From a virus (lineage: Duplodnaviria; Heunggongvirae; Uroviricota; Caudoviricetes), in IMG/VR virus record IMGVR_UViG_2563366972_000008, positions 1 through 39,130 of that record: a DNA stretch of 39,130 bases. One strand, 5' to 3'. Positions 29,954 through 38,332 of the stretch are shown one piece after another. The translations under genes and the position numbers were made by a program. The notes beneath the pieces were generated by a model. It saw only the letters and a program-made list of their open reading frames with translations, had not been told where the DNA came from and did no database searches. Within the stretch, counting starts at the first letter, position 1. Every line of letters starts with the position of its first letter.

Positions 29954-30782
29954 GGTTTACCCCCTTGCTGACTGGTTTAGCCTGCGCCCTGACGTGATTT
30001 ACGTGACGGGCGAATTTCTGCTCCCACTGAACCTGCGTGAAAACTTTACCCTCCGCTGCCCAGTAGTCCCGGAAGGCGGCAAGTTCAGCTGGTGTAAATT
30101 CCGGCTCCGGCAGAGCCACTCCCCACAGAGCCGCCCGTCGTCGAAAATCCGGCGACGGATGCCAGCCATCGGTCATCGGAAATTTCCCGATGGGTTCGCT
30201 CAGGCCTTCCAGGTAATCAGGTTCCGCTGTTTGCAACGGCACGCCATTTGCCTCACTGGTCGGAGCACTCTCGCGCACGCGCGCGTTATGTGTGGGGTTT
30301 AATTCTTTATCTGTATCTTTATCTGTCGTGACTCGTCGTGACATGTCGTGACATATGCGTGACTCGTCGCGCCCCCCCTCATTCTGTTTTCGTAATTTTT
30401 CCCTCTCGCGCTGCGCTCTCTTGCGCTCTGCCGGGGATTTCGCGGTTTGTGAAACGTTGCCATTGTCCTCTTTCAGTACCTGGCGTTTTTCCCATCCACT
30501 GATCAAATCTCCATCAAGTACCCGCCCCTGCATTGCCTGTAAAATTGAATCAATTACTTCTTCCGTCACATCAAGCGCACTTGCTAAATCTTCCGCCGTG
30601 ACATCAATGTGACCACGTAGTGACACGCCGTGACATGTCGTGACATTTCGTGACGCGCTCACCAGAAGGTGGATATACACAGCCATCACTGTTGCGATTG
30701 GCTGTCCTGACACCCTGGAAATTGTTCGCCACTTAGGATCGTTTGGCATGTCATGCCATAATCTGAGCCAGGCGTTAGCCAT
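29742..30782 (-). CDS. Replication initiator / replisome organiser (O-like) containing origin iterons
   Basis: ORF from ATG 30782 behind a GAGGTGAG RBS; two clusters of 10-bp-phased GTCGTGAC repeats lie inside the coding sequence, as oriLambda lies inside O. Confidence 0.7.
   Translation of the reverse strand: MANAWLRLWHDMPNDPKWRTISRVSGQPIATVMAVYIHLLVSASRNVTTCHGVSLRGHIDVTAEDLASALDVTEEVIDSILQAMQGRVLDGDLISGWEKRQVLKEDNGNVSQTAKSPAERKRAQREREKLRKQNEGGRDESRICHDMSRRVTTDKDTDKELNPTHNARVRESAPTSEANGVPLQTAEPDYLEGLSEPIGKFPMTDGWHPSPDFRRRAALWGVALPEPEFTPAELAAFRDYWAAEGKVFTQVQWEQKFARHVNHVRAQAKPVSKGVNHAAAPGGTASRAVQEIRAARERWERENGFINDGNCLEAVGTHGGGLFEPLDPEERGRTFEALDCTDWRDD
30326..30364. repeat. Iteron cluster 1: four phased GTCGTGAC(AT/TC) repeats next to an AT-rich CTTTATCTGT duplication
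   Basis: gtcgtgac at 30326, 30336, 30346 and gcgtgac at 30357; ctttatctgt repeated twice just upstream. Confidence 0.7.
30609..30654. repeat. Iteron cluster 2: five phased (C)GTGACA repeats
   Basis: gtgac at 30609, 30620, 30630, 30640 and 30650 with about 10-bp spacing. Confidence 0.65.
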
Positions 30783-30852
30783 ACTCACCTCTTCTGATAC
30801 CGAATCTTTTACTCACGAATTGCCGGAAGCGATCCGGTATGAATATTGTCAG

Positions 30853-31278
30853 TCAATGCACAACCACAATATTTCCCGCCGGGCCACCACGATTCATCTG
30901 GTTGAAACCAGCGATCGCCACTGCGACAAAATCATCAGCGTCTCTCACCAGTCGTTCCCGCGTCTCCACCAGCTCCCGAAAATAGGCTGAACTGTGGCTG
31001 CGCATTCGGGCCACCAGCAGAGGTGGCATTGCTTTTTCGATCGCTGGTAACAACGCCTGAATTTTTTTAACCGCATCAGGGGTGTCTTTATCCAGCCAAC
31101 GGAAAATTTTCTGGGTATTACGAGCCAGCGCTTCCGGATGGCTGTCGTCATATAGCTCCGGGAACGTCATACCCAGCTCAAAATAAGCCCGGGTTATTTC
31201 AGCTGCCGGAACTTTTTCACCGTCCGGATGCGCCCAGGCATTCATCGCCATACGGATGTGTTCATGCTTGATTTTCAT
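30853..31278 (-). CDS. CII-position regulatory protein (YdaT-like, putative)
   Basis: 141-aa ORF immediately downstream of and overlapping the cro-like gene, upstream of the replication genes. Confidence 0.5.
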   Translation of the reverse strand: MKIKHEHIRMAMNAWAHPDGEKVPAAEITRAYFELGMTFPELYDDSHPEALARNTQKIFRWLDKDTPDAVKKIQALLPAIEKAMPPLLVARMRSHSSAYFRELVETRERLVRDADDFVAVAIAGFNQMNRGGPAGNIVVVH

Positions 31279-31537
31279 GAATCAACTCCGGTGTATTTGG
31301 TGTGTTAGCCTTATCTCCAGCAGGCAACCCGTCAGTTGGATTCGGGTATAAATCTGGTCGCAATTCATGAGGAGTAACCCCAGTTGCAATATAAATTTGA
31401 CGAACCCGTTCCCCCGTCGGAACTCGACCATTGTATTCATTTGCCCATTTGTGTATTTGAGATGGCCAAGCCCCTATTGCACGCCCTAGCGGACGAATAC
31501 CACCAGCAATCTTTATTGCTTTGTCCAATGCTGTCAT
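31262..31537 (-). CDS. Cro-like HTH regulator (YdaS/Cro family)
   Basis: 91-aa ORF divergent from the repressor gene, with HTH-like segment and GGAGG RBS. Confidence 0.7.
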   Translation of the reverse strand: MTALDKAIKIAGGIRPLGRAIGAWPSQIHKWANEYNGRVPTGERVRQIYIATGVTPHELRPDLYPNPTDGLPAGDKANTPNTPELIHENQA

Positions 31538-31562
31538 ACAACCTCCAGTTCAACTAACCACA

Positions 31563-31634
31563 ACAATTGTTCACTTAAAACGAACATAAGTCAACACCTC
31601 GAGGAATTGTTAGTGTTCACTGAACGGTTATAAT
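31563..31634. promoter_or_regulatory. Immunity switch: two related operator-like sites overlapping divergent promoters
   Basis: Site A ACAATTGTTCACTTAAAACGAACA and site B GGAATTGTTAGTGTTCACTGAACGG share AATTGTT...GTTCAC; plus-strand TTGTTA-16-TATAAT ends 6 bp before the repressor ATG; minus-strand TTGACT -35 element. Confidence 0.5.
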
Positions 31635-31640
31635 TGCTAA

Positions 31641-32030
31641 ATGGACATGAGAAAAAAGCAATACGACACCCCGCTAGCAGAAAGGTTAGATGCGATCTCT
31701 CAACAGCATCATTTAAGTGGTTCAGATTTAGCGCGTATCGCTGGTGTAGGTCGTTCATCAGTCAACGCATGGAAAAAAAGAGGAACAATCAGTAAAGATT
31801 CCGCAGCCAAAATTGCAGAAGCCACAAACGTTTCCCTTTCTTGGCTACTGACAGGGAAAGAAGAGACAAATAGAGAAGCGCTTGATGATGACGAGAAGGC
31901 CCTGCTTGATGTTTACAGAAACCTGCCACCCGTAGAACGTAGAAATATGCTGGCAGCTTTTCAAATGCGACTTCAAAAACTGACCGAATTTTACTCAGAA
32001 TACGTCGACCCAATAACACGACAAAAATAA
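31641..32030 (+). CDS. HTH_XRE repressor (DicA/CI-like)
   Basis: 129-aa ORF with HTH (LSGSDLARIAGVGRSSVNAWKK), divergent from cro-like gene, heading the ydfABC-dicB-like operon. Confidence 0.75.
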   Translation: MDMRKKQYDTPLAERLDAISQQHHLSGSDLARIAGVGRSSVNAWKKRGTISKDSAAKIAEATNVSLSWLLTGKEETNREALDDDEKALLDVYRNLPPVERRNMLAAFQMRLQKLTEFYSEYVDPITRQK

Positions 32031-32198
32031 TTCTTTATTTTACAGAATCATACCGCCGCAAGGCGGTTTTTTTTACCTTTTACGTATTCATTATGTTGAC
32101 TTTTGTTCACCTAGAGAGAACAATGTATTCCATCAAAGCACAACGGTGCGACAGGTCTTAGTTCCGCTACCCCGGCGTTAAGGGGAAATGAGGTCAAC

Positions 32199-32354
32199 AT
32201 GGATACTATCGATCTTGGCAACAACGAATCTCTGGTATACAGCGTGTTTCCCAACCAGGACGGCACATTCACCGCGATGACGTATACCAAAAGCAAAACG
32301 TTTAAAACCGAATCTGGCGCGCGTCGCTGGCTGGAAAGAAATTCAGGTGAGTGA
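32199..32354 (+). CDS. ydfA: YdfA-like small protein
   Basis: 51-aa ORF with GAGG RBS, found by hand translation; same length and operon position as Qin ydfA. Confidence 0.55.
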   Translation: MDTIDLGNNESLVYSVFPNQDGTFTAMTYTKSKTFKTESGARRWLERNSGE

Positions 32355-32355
32355 T

Positions 32356-32484
32356 ATGGATTTCGACACAATCATGAAAAAGGCTTACGAAGAATACTTC
32401 GAAAACCTCGCCGAAGGCGAAGAAACTCTCAGCTTCAGCGAATTTAAACAGGCGCTTTCCAGCTCGGCAAAATCTAACGGCTGA
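32356..32484 (+). CDS. ydfB: YdfB-like small protein
   Basis: 42-aa ORF starting 1 bp after the ydfA stop, GGTGAG RBS; same length and position as Qin ydfB. Confidence 0.5.
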   Translation: MDFDTIMKKAYEEYFENLAEGEETLSFSEFKQALSSSAKSNG

Positions 32485-32513
32485 TAAGCGAAGCAGCACC
32501 GCGAGGAATCAGT

Positions 32514-32732
32514 ATGCAGAAACGAGAACCCGTCATCATCGCGCCAGACTATACCGATGATGAACTTTATGAGTGGATGCGCCAGAAAATTAATGCAGCG
32601 CAGGATCTGAAATGGGCCAATGAAGCCAGGGCTAAGCAGGCTGAAAATCTGTCCGCTCTGGAGCAGGATATCACCAGGCTGGAAAAAGCAGCGGCATTAA
32701 GCATTGCCAGAATGATTACATACCCGCGTTAA
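32514..32732 (+). CDS. ydfC: YdfC-like protein
   Basis: 72-aa ORF with GAGGAA RBS; same length and position as Qin ydfC. Confidence 0.6.
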   Translation: MQKREPVIIAPDYTDDELYEWMRQKINAAQDLKWANEARAKQAENLSALEQDITRLEKAAALSIARMITYPR

Positions 32733-32867
32733 TAGCTAACCAACGAAGCTAAGGTTGGTAATTAAGGAGTTCTCCACGGGTGAGGTGGAGTGCGTGCGCC
32801 GGACACGGGTGAGCATCCGGTACGTTCTTTAAAAATCTGGATAGTCCCAACTTATTTAAACGGTTAA

Positions 32868-33299
32868 TTATCTTGAGTTCATCCAGAACTTATTATTGCA
32901 AGCGGGGCAAAAAGTACGAAAATGAGCATCAAAGCGCATTATTTCCATTGGCTGAAGTACAGATATTACCTTTTTTCCAAAACATTGTGGGCAAAGATGC
33001 ACAGTTATCTCAGTATCGCCTATAAATTGCTTCTTGGAATATACAAGGGTTCCAGAATCAAGCTTGTTAAGCTTGTAACCTTCCGCCTGTCGCTGAAAAT
33101 CTTCTGTCTCTGCAATTTTTGCTTTGAGATGCATTATCTCTTCATCACGAAAGCGGATCGCATCGCAAAGAGAGAAGCATTCCGCCTGAAGCGTGATTAG
33201 TTTGTTCTGAAGTTCAATAGTTGCGGCTTTAACTTCTGCATCCGTTTTTGCGTCATTAATAACCTTAGCGAGACCAGCTGTCTCCTTTATCGCAGCCAT
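32868..33299 (-). CDS. Hypothetical coiled-coil / C-terminal zinc-ribbon protein, reverse-oriented in the early-left operon
   Basis: 143 aa from ATG 33299 (MAAIKETAGLAKVINDAKTDAEV...); CPQC...CPAC pairs near the C-terminus; AT-rich; opposite strand to all neighbours. Confidence 0.55.
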   Translation of the reverse strand: MAAIKETAGLAKVINDAKTDAEVKAATIELQNKLITLQAECFSLCDAIRFRDEEIMHLKAKIAETEDFQRQAEGYKLNKLDSGTLVYSKKQFIGDTEITVHLCPQCFGKKVISVLQPMEIMRFDAHFRTFCPACNNKFWMNSR

Positions 33300-33629
33300 A
33301 GCCGCTGACAGTTCTGCTATCACGTTGAGTACTCTTCTCGTTGTTGGGGATATCCGGATTATACAAATTTCTTGTTGTTGGGGAATAACAGGAACCACCT
33401 CGCCTGACGTGGTTAAAAGCAGGCACACAACGCGAAAGCGTACGGCGAGGTAGCTGGTTTATAGATAGCCTGTCGTTAAATTTTCGTCGACCGTGCGCTT
33501 CCGGTTGTGGCACTCCGCGAAATGGCGCGGCGGTAAGTATGGCGGGGTTATTCCTTCCCCGTTGAGGACACCAGGTTGTCAGGTTGACCATACGCTTAAG
33601 TGACAACCCCGCTGCAACAACCCATGTTG

Positions 33630-33686
33630 ATTACCTTTTGGCGGGTATCCGTTTTTTGTTTTCCCTTGTGATACCCGCCCTTTTTA
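33630..33686 (+). ncRNA. dicF: DicF-like sRNA 3' module with intrinsic terminator
   Basis: Perfect 10-bp inverted repeat GGCGGGTATC (33640-33649) / GATACCCGCC (33670-33679) then CTTTTT, about 180 bp upstream of dicB; downstream tract AAAGTGAATTTTGTGATG recalled from the Qin dicF-dicB spacer. 5' end not determinable. Confidence 0.4.
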
Positions 33687-33868
33687 AAGTGAATTTTGTG
33701 ATGCGGTGAATGCGGCTCAGCGCACGCGGAACAGTTAAAAAGGCCAGTTGACTTCCGTATTGGTTCTTATGGGTGGGTTCTCTGTATCCGGCGTTAATTG
33801 TTAACTGGTTAACGTCACCTGGAGGCACCAGGCACCGCATCACAAAATTCATTGTTGAGGACGCGATA

Positions 33869-34057
33869 ATGGAAAAGTTATCATGCAATGCCAGTACGTC
33901 TGAACTTCGTTTCGAAATTGGCGTTATCACTGGAGACAAAACATTTATTGAAGACGCCATTAAGCAGAGAAAACTCGAGCATGACCTGTTAAATGAAGTA
34001 TGCATTCCTTCAATGCTGGCTCGTCTTGACCTGCTGCAAAAAGGATATAAACAATGA
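33869..34057 (+). CDS. dicB: Cell division inhibitor DicB
   Basis: 62-aa translation MEKLSCNASTSELRFEIGVITGDKTFIEDAIKQRKLEHDLLNEVCIPSMLARLDLLQKGYKQ resembles K-12 DicB as recalled; GAGGA RBS. Confidence 0.75.
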   Translation: MEKLSCNASTSELRFEIGVITGDKTFIEDAIKQRKLEHDLLNEVCIPSMLARLDLLQKGYKQ

Positions 34058-34245
34058 ATACAACATTTGCACTCGTTCTGACAGTTTATCTTGTTTCCGG
34101 CGAATCTCTTGAGCTGGTGACTGGCTTATACGGTTCAATGAAAGAATGCATGGCTGCCGCAGCAGAACAAAAAATTCCCGGTAACTGTTATCCGGTAGAT
34201 AAAGCTACTCACACTAATAATAACGAAATACCGGCAGGACTTTAA
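34054..34245 (+). CDS. ydfD: YdfD-like small membrane/lysis protein
   Basis: 63-aa ORF overlapping the dicB stop (ATGA); N-terminal hydrophobic helix; same length and position as Qin ydfD. Confidence 0.6.
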   Translation: MNTTFALVLTVYLVSGESLELVTGLYGSMKECMAAAAEQKIPGNCYPVDKATHTNNNEIPAGL

Positions 34246-34338
34246 AACAGCACCGTAATTAATATCCGGTTTTATTTTTATATGCCAGCAATGGCAGGGA
34301 TTTGTTCACCCTTAAATCTGTAATGAGGTTAAAACAAA

Positions 34339-36810
34339 ATGAGTAAAGTCTTTATTTGCGCCGCCATTCCGGACGAACAGGCAATAAAGGAAGAAGGTGC
34401 AGTCGCTGTAGCCACTGCCATTGAAGCCGGTGACGAACGCCGCGCCCGTGCCAAATTTACCTGGCAATTCCTGGAGCAATATCCGGCTGCTCAGGACTGC
34501 GCTTATAAATTTCTTGTCTGCGAGGATAAACCCGGCATGCCCCGCCCTGCTATCGACTCATGGGATACCGAATATATGCAGGAAAACCGCTGGGATGAAG
34601 AGTCAGCCTCTTTTGTCCCGGTCGAACCAGAATCCGATCCGATGAACGTCAATTTTGACAAGCTGTCCCCTGAAGTGCAGAACGCAGTCCTGGTTAAGTT
34701 CGGTACATGCGAAAACATCACCGTTGATATGGTGATTAGCGCACAGGAGTTACTGCAGGAAGACGTGGCGACATTCGACGGGCATATCGTTGAAGCACTG
34801 ATGAAAACACCAGAAATTAACGCTATGTATCCGGAACGCAAACTGTTCGCTATCGGATGGGTTAAACATAAATGTAAGCCTGGCGCAAAATGGCCGGACA
34901 TTCAGGCCGAATTACGTAACTGGAAAAAACGGCAGGACGCAGAGCGCAAAGAGACTGGAAAATACACGTCTGTTATTGATCTTGCCCGCGCCAAAGCCAA
35001 CCGACAGCACACTGAAAACCCGGCGGGAAAAATCCCCCCTGCCACTGCTGCCATTCGTCGTGAATACAAGCAGACATGGAAAACACTGGATGAAGAACTG
35101 GCCTACGCTCTCTGGCCTGGTGATATTGATGCCGGAAACATTGACGGCAGCATCCATCGCTGGGCAAAAAATGAAGTTATCGACAAGGATCGCGAAGACT
35201 GGAAGCGCATCTCCGCATCAATGCGCAAACAGCCTGATGCGCTTCGCTACAGCCGTCAGACGATTTTTGGTCTCGTTCGCGAACGTCCGATCGACATTCA
35301 CAAAGACCCTGTGGCACTGAACAAATACATTACTGAATACCTGACTACAAAGGGCGTGTTTGAAGATGAAGGAACAAATCAGAGCGCAACTGATACTCTC
35401 TCGTCGCCAGTACCAGAAACTGATGCAGTGGAAACGGCAATTCCGGACAACGAAAAAACCGAATGCAAAGTGGAAGTCGAACCATCTGTAGAGCGTGAGG
35501 GGCCGTTCTACTTCCTCTTCACCGACAAGGATGGCGAAAAATACGGTCGCGCAAACAAACTTTCTGGTCTGGATAAGGCGCTGGCTGCCGGGGCTACTGA
35601 AATCACGAAAGAAGAATATTTCTCCCGCAAAAACGGTACATACTCAGGTTCACAACAAAATACTGGTGCATCTGACACGACCGCACAACCAGAGCCGGTA
35701 AAAGTTACCGCTGAAGAAGTAAACAAAATTATGCAGGCAGCCAATATCAGCCAGCCTGACGCCGATGAACTGCTTGCAGTATCACGTGGTGAATTTGTTG
35801 CAGGGATTAGCGATCCGAATGATCCGAAATGGGTGAAGGGGATTGAAACCCGCGATTCTGTGAACCAGAACCAGCAAGAAACGGAACAGAACGACCAGAA
35901 AGCGGAACAAAACAGCCCAAATACGCAACAAAACGAGCCAGAAACGAAACAACCTGAACCAGTAGTGCAACAGGAACCGGAAAAGATCTGCACCGCCTGC
36001 GGTCAGAGCGGTGGCGGCAACTGCCCTGATTGTGGTGCGGTGATGGGTGACGCAACATACCAGGAAATATTCGATGGAGAGAATCAGCCTGAAGTTCAGG
36101 AAAATGATCCGGAGGAAATGGAAGGCACTGCGCATCAGCACAAGGAGAACACTGGCGGCAATCAGCATCATGCCAGCGATAGTGAAACTGGCGAGGCGTC
36201 AGATCCCTTAATTAAGGTGAACGGTCATCATAATCTCACATCCTCCAGCAGAGCGGGAATTCATCTGATGATCGACCTTGAAACCATGGGAAAAAATCCC
36301 GATGCCCCGATTATCTCAATAGGCGCAATATTTTTCGATCCGCAAACCGGAGATATGGGACCGGAATTTAGTAAGACTATCGATCTGGAAACTGCTGGCG
36401 GAGTCATTGATCGGGACACCATTAAATGGTGGCTTAAGCAATCACGCGAAGCGCAATCTGCCATTATGACCGATGAAATCCCGTTAGATGATGCACTGTT
36501 ACAATTGCGGGAATTTATCGACGAAAACTCCGGTGAATTTTTTGTTCAGGTCTGGGGAAATGGAGCCAACTTCGACAACACGATTTTGCGCCGTTCATAC
36601 GAACGGCAGGGGATCCCCTGCCCGTGGCGCTACTGCAACGATCGCGATATACGCACAATCGTTGAGCTGGGGAAAGCCATAGACTTCGATGCCAGAACTG
36701 CTATCCCATTCGAAGGTGAGCGCCATAATGCACTTGATGACGCTCGTTACCAGGCAAAATACGTTTCAGCTATCTGGCAAAAACTGATCCCGAGTCAGGC
36801 TGATTTTTAA
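34339..36810 (+). CDS. Large early protein with C-terminal DnaQ-like (DEDDh) 3'-5' exonuclease domain; full-length YdfE-like
   Basis: 823-aa ORF; C-terminal motifs MIDLETMG, WGNGANFD and HNALDDARY; acidic Q/E-rich linker with a CTAC...CPDC zinc-ribbon-like motif. Confidence 0.8.
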   Translation: MSKVFICAAIPDEQAIKEEGAVAVATAIEAGDERRARAKFTWQFLEQYPAAQDCAYKFLVCEDKPGMPRPAIDSWDTEYMQENRWDEESASFVPVEPESDPMNVNFDKLSPEVQNAVLVKFGTCENITVDMVISAQELLQEDVATFDGHIVEALMKTPEINAMYPERKLFAIGWVKHKCKPGAKWPDIQAELRNWKKRQDAERKETGKYTSVIDLARAKANRQHTENPAGKIPPATAAIRREYKQTWKTLDEELAYALWPGDIDAGNIDGSIHRWAKNEVIDKDREDWKRISASMRKQPDALRYSRQTIFGLVRERPIDIHKDPVALNKYITEYLTTKGVFEDEGTNQSATDTLSSPVPETDAVETAIPDNEKTECKVEVEPSVEREGPFYFLFTDKDGEKYGRANKLSGLDKALAAGATEITKEEYFSRKNGTYSGSQQNTGASDTTAQPEPVKVTAEEVNKIMQAANISQPDADELLAVSRGEFVAGISDPNDPKWVKGIETRDSVNQNQQETEQNDQKAEQNSPNTQQNEPETKQPEPVVQQEPEKICTACGQSGGGNCPDCGAVMGDATYQEIFDGENQPEVQENDPEEMEGTAHQHKENTGGNQHHASDSETGEASDPLIKVNGHHNLTSSSRAGIHLMIDLETMGKNPDAPIISIGAIFFDPQTGDMGPEFSKTIDLETAGGVIDRDTIKWWLKQSREAQSAIMTDEIPLDDALLQLREFIDENSGEFFVQVWGNGANFDNTILRRSYERQGIPCPWRYCNDRDIRTIVELGKAIDFDARTAIPFEGERHNALDDARYQAKYVSAIWQKLIPSQADF

Positions 36811-36868
36811 TGTTCAACCCTAATTGCCGCTAACCGTATATAGTTAGCGGCGGTTATGAGATATAGCT

Positions 36869-37072
36869 ATGAGCAGCTTATTTTTAACCGAAGATGAATT
36901 GCTAATATTAACGGGCTGCAAATATGCAAGCCACCAGCGAAAATGGTTAATGGAAAACGGGCTTCCGTTCTATACCAATCGTAGTGGCAAACCGATTGTC
37001 AGCCGGGATCTATTTACCTGCAATAAAACTTTACCACCACGCGAGGTAGAGCCGAATTTTGGTGCGATCTGA
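36869..37072 (+). CDS. xis: Excisionase (Xis)
   Basis: 67-aa ORF immediately upstream of and overlapping the integrase start. Confidence 0.7.
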   Translation: MSSLFLTEDELLILTGCKYASHQRKWLMENGLPFYTNRSGKPIVSRDLFTCNKTLPPREVEPNFGAI

Positions 37073-38097
37073 TGGGAAGACGAAGGAAAAATCCTGAACA
37101 CGAAAAATTACCTCCAAATGTATACCCAAATAAATATAGTTATGTATGGAAACCAACATCCAGAGAATCTGTCACACTAACCGCCATCAAGGATGGTTTA
37201 GCTGCTTTATGGAAAAAGTATGAGGAAACTGTAAATAATCGCGATCGTGCAATGACATTCGGTCGCTTGTGGGAAAAATTCCTCGCCAGCGCCTATTACA
37301 GTGACCTTAGTCCAAGAACACAAAAAGATTATCTGCAACATCAAAAAAAGTTGCTTGCCGTATTCGGTAAGGTACCAGCGGATTCCATAAAACCAGAACA
37401 CATCCGTCGATACATGGACAAAAGAGGGGAGCAGAGTAAAACGCAAGCCAACCATGAAAAAAGCAGTATGTCCCGTGTTTACAGTTGGGGGTATGAGCGA
37501 GGGTACGTGAAGGCTAACCCATGTGCAGGTGTAAGTAAATTCAAGGCCAAAAACCGCGAACGATATGTAACCGACAAAGAATACCAGGCAGTATTAAGCG
37601 TTGCACCTCTTCCTGTTTTTATCGCAATGGAAATTGCCTATCTGTGTGCAGCGAGGGTTTCCGATGTGTTATCGCTGAAATGGGAACAGATTGGAAACGA
37701 CGGGATATTCATCCAGCAAGGGAAAACCGGAAAAAAACAGATAAAAGCATGGAGTCCACGATTACAGGCAGCGATCGAAAAAGCAAAACAGTTACCAAAA
37801 TCTGCCTATGTGATCAGCAATCAATACGGCAACCGATATATGTACAAAGGCTTTAACGAAATGTGGGTAGAAGCAAGAAATCGTGCTGGAAAAATTTCAG
37901 GTATTTTAACCGACTTCACCTTTCATGATCTGAAGGCGAAAGGAATTTCAGACTATGAAGGAAGCAGCCGGGATAAGCAACTTTTCTCTGGTCACAAAAC
38001 CGAAGGGCAAGTGCTAATCTATGACAGGAAGGTTAAAATTTCACCAACACTTAATGTCCCGTTACCTGAAAATATTCCAAGAAAATATTCCAAGTAA
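37072..38097 (+). CDS. int: Tyrosine integrase
   Basis: 341-aa ORF with tyrosine-recombinase C-terminal catalytic region, 52 bp from a tRNA gene. Confidence 0.9.
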   Translation: MGRRRKNPEHEKLPPNVYPNKYSYVWKPTSRESVTLTAIKDGLAALWKKYEETVNNRDRAMTFGRLWEKFLASAYYSDLSPRTQKDYLQHQKKLLAVFGKVPADSIKPEHIRRYMDKRGEQSKTQANHEKSSMSRVYSWGYERGYVKANPCAGVSKFKAKNRERYVTDKEYQAVLSVAPLPVFIAMEIAYLCAARVSDVLSLKWEQIGNDGIFIQQGKTGKKQIKAWSPRLQAAIEKAKQLPKSAYVISNQYGNRYMYKGFNEMWVEARNRAGKISGILTDFTFHDLKAKGISDYEGSSRDKQLFSGHKTEGQVLIYDRKVKISPTLNVPLPENIPRKYSK

Positions 38098-38149
38098 TTC
38101 CAAGTGTGATTTTTGTCACTGACTTAATGATGTGTAAGTGATTGAATTT

Positions 38150-38239
38150 TGGCGGAGAGAGGGGGATTTGAACCCCCGGTGGAGTTGCCCCCACTCCGGT
38201 TTTCGAGACCGGTCCGTTCAGCCGCTCCGGCATCTCTCC
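38150..38239 (-). tRNA. serU: tRNA-Ser (anticodon CGA), serU-like; probable attachment site
   Basis: 90-nt cloverleaf with long variable arm, anticodon loop CUCGAAA, acceptor GGAGAGA/TCTCTCC, encoded CCA. Confidence 0.85.
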
Positions 38240-38332
38240 GTTCAGATGGTTGCCATGATGCCAGGAAATTTGGCATTTTAACAGTCCCTGTCCGTGCAAT
38301 TTTGTTCAAGTGACGAGTTTGCGAGCAAAACG

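Noticed and set aside
30326-30654. Short direct repeats that might be taken for a CRISPR array
   Set aside because: Units are about 10 bp with no 25-40 bp spacers and lie inside a replication gene; they are origin iterons.
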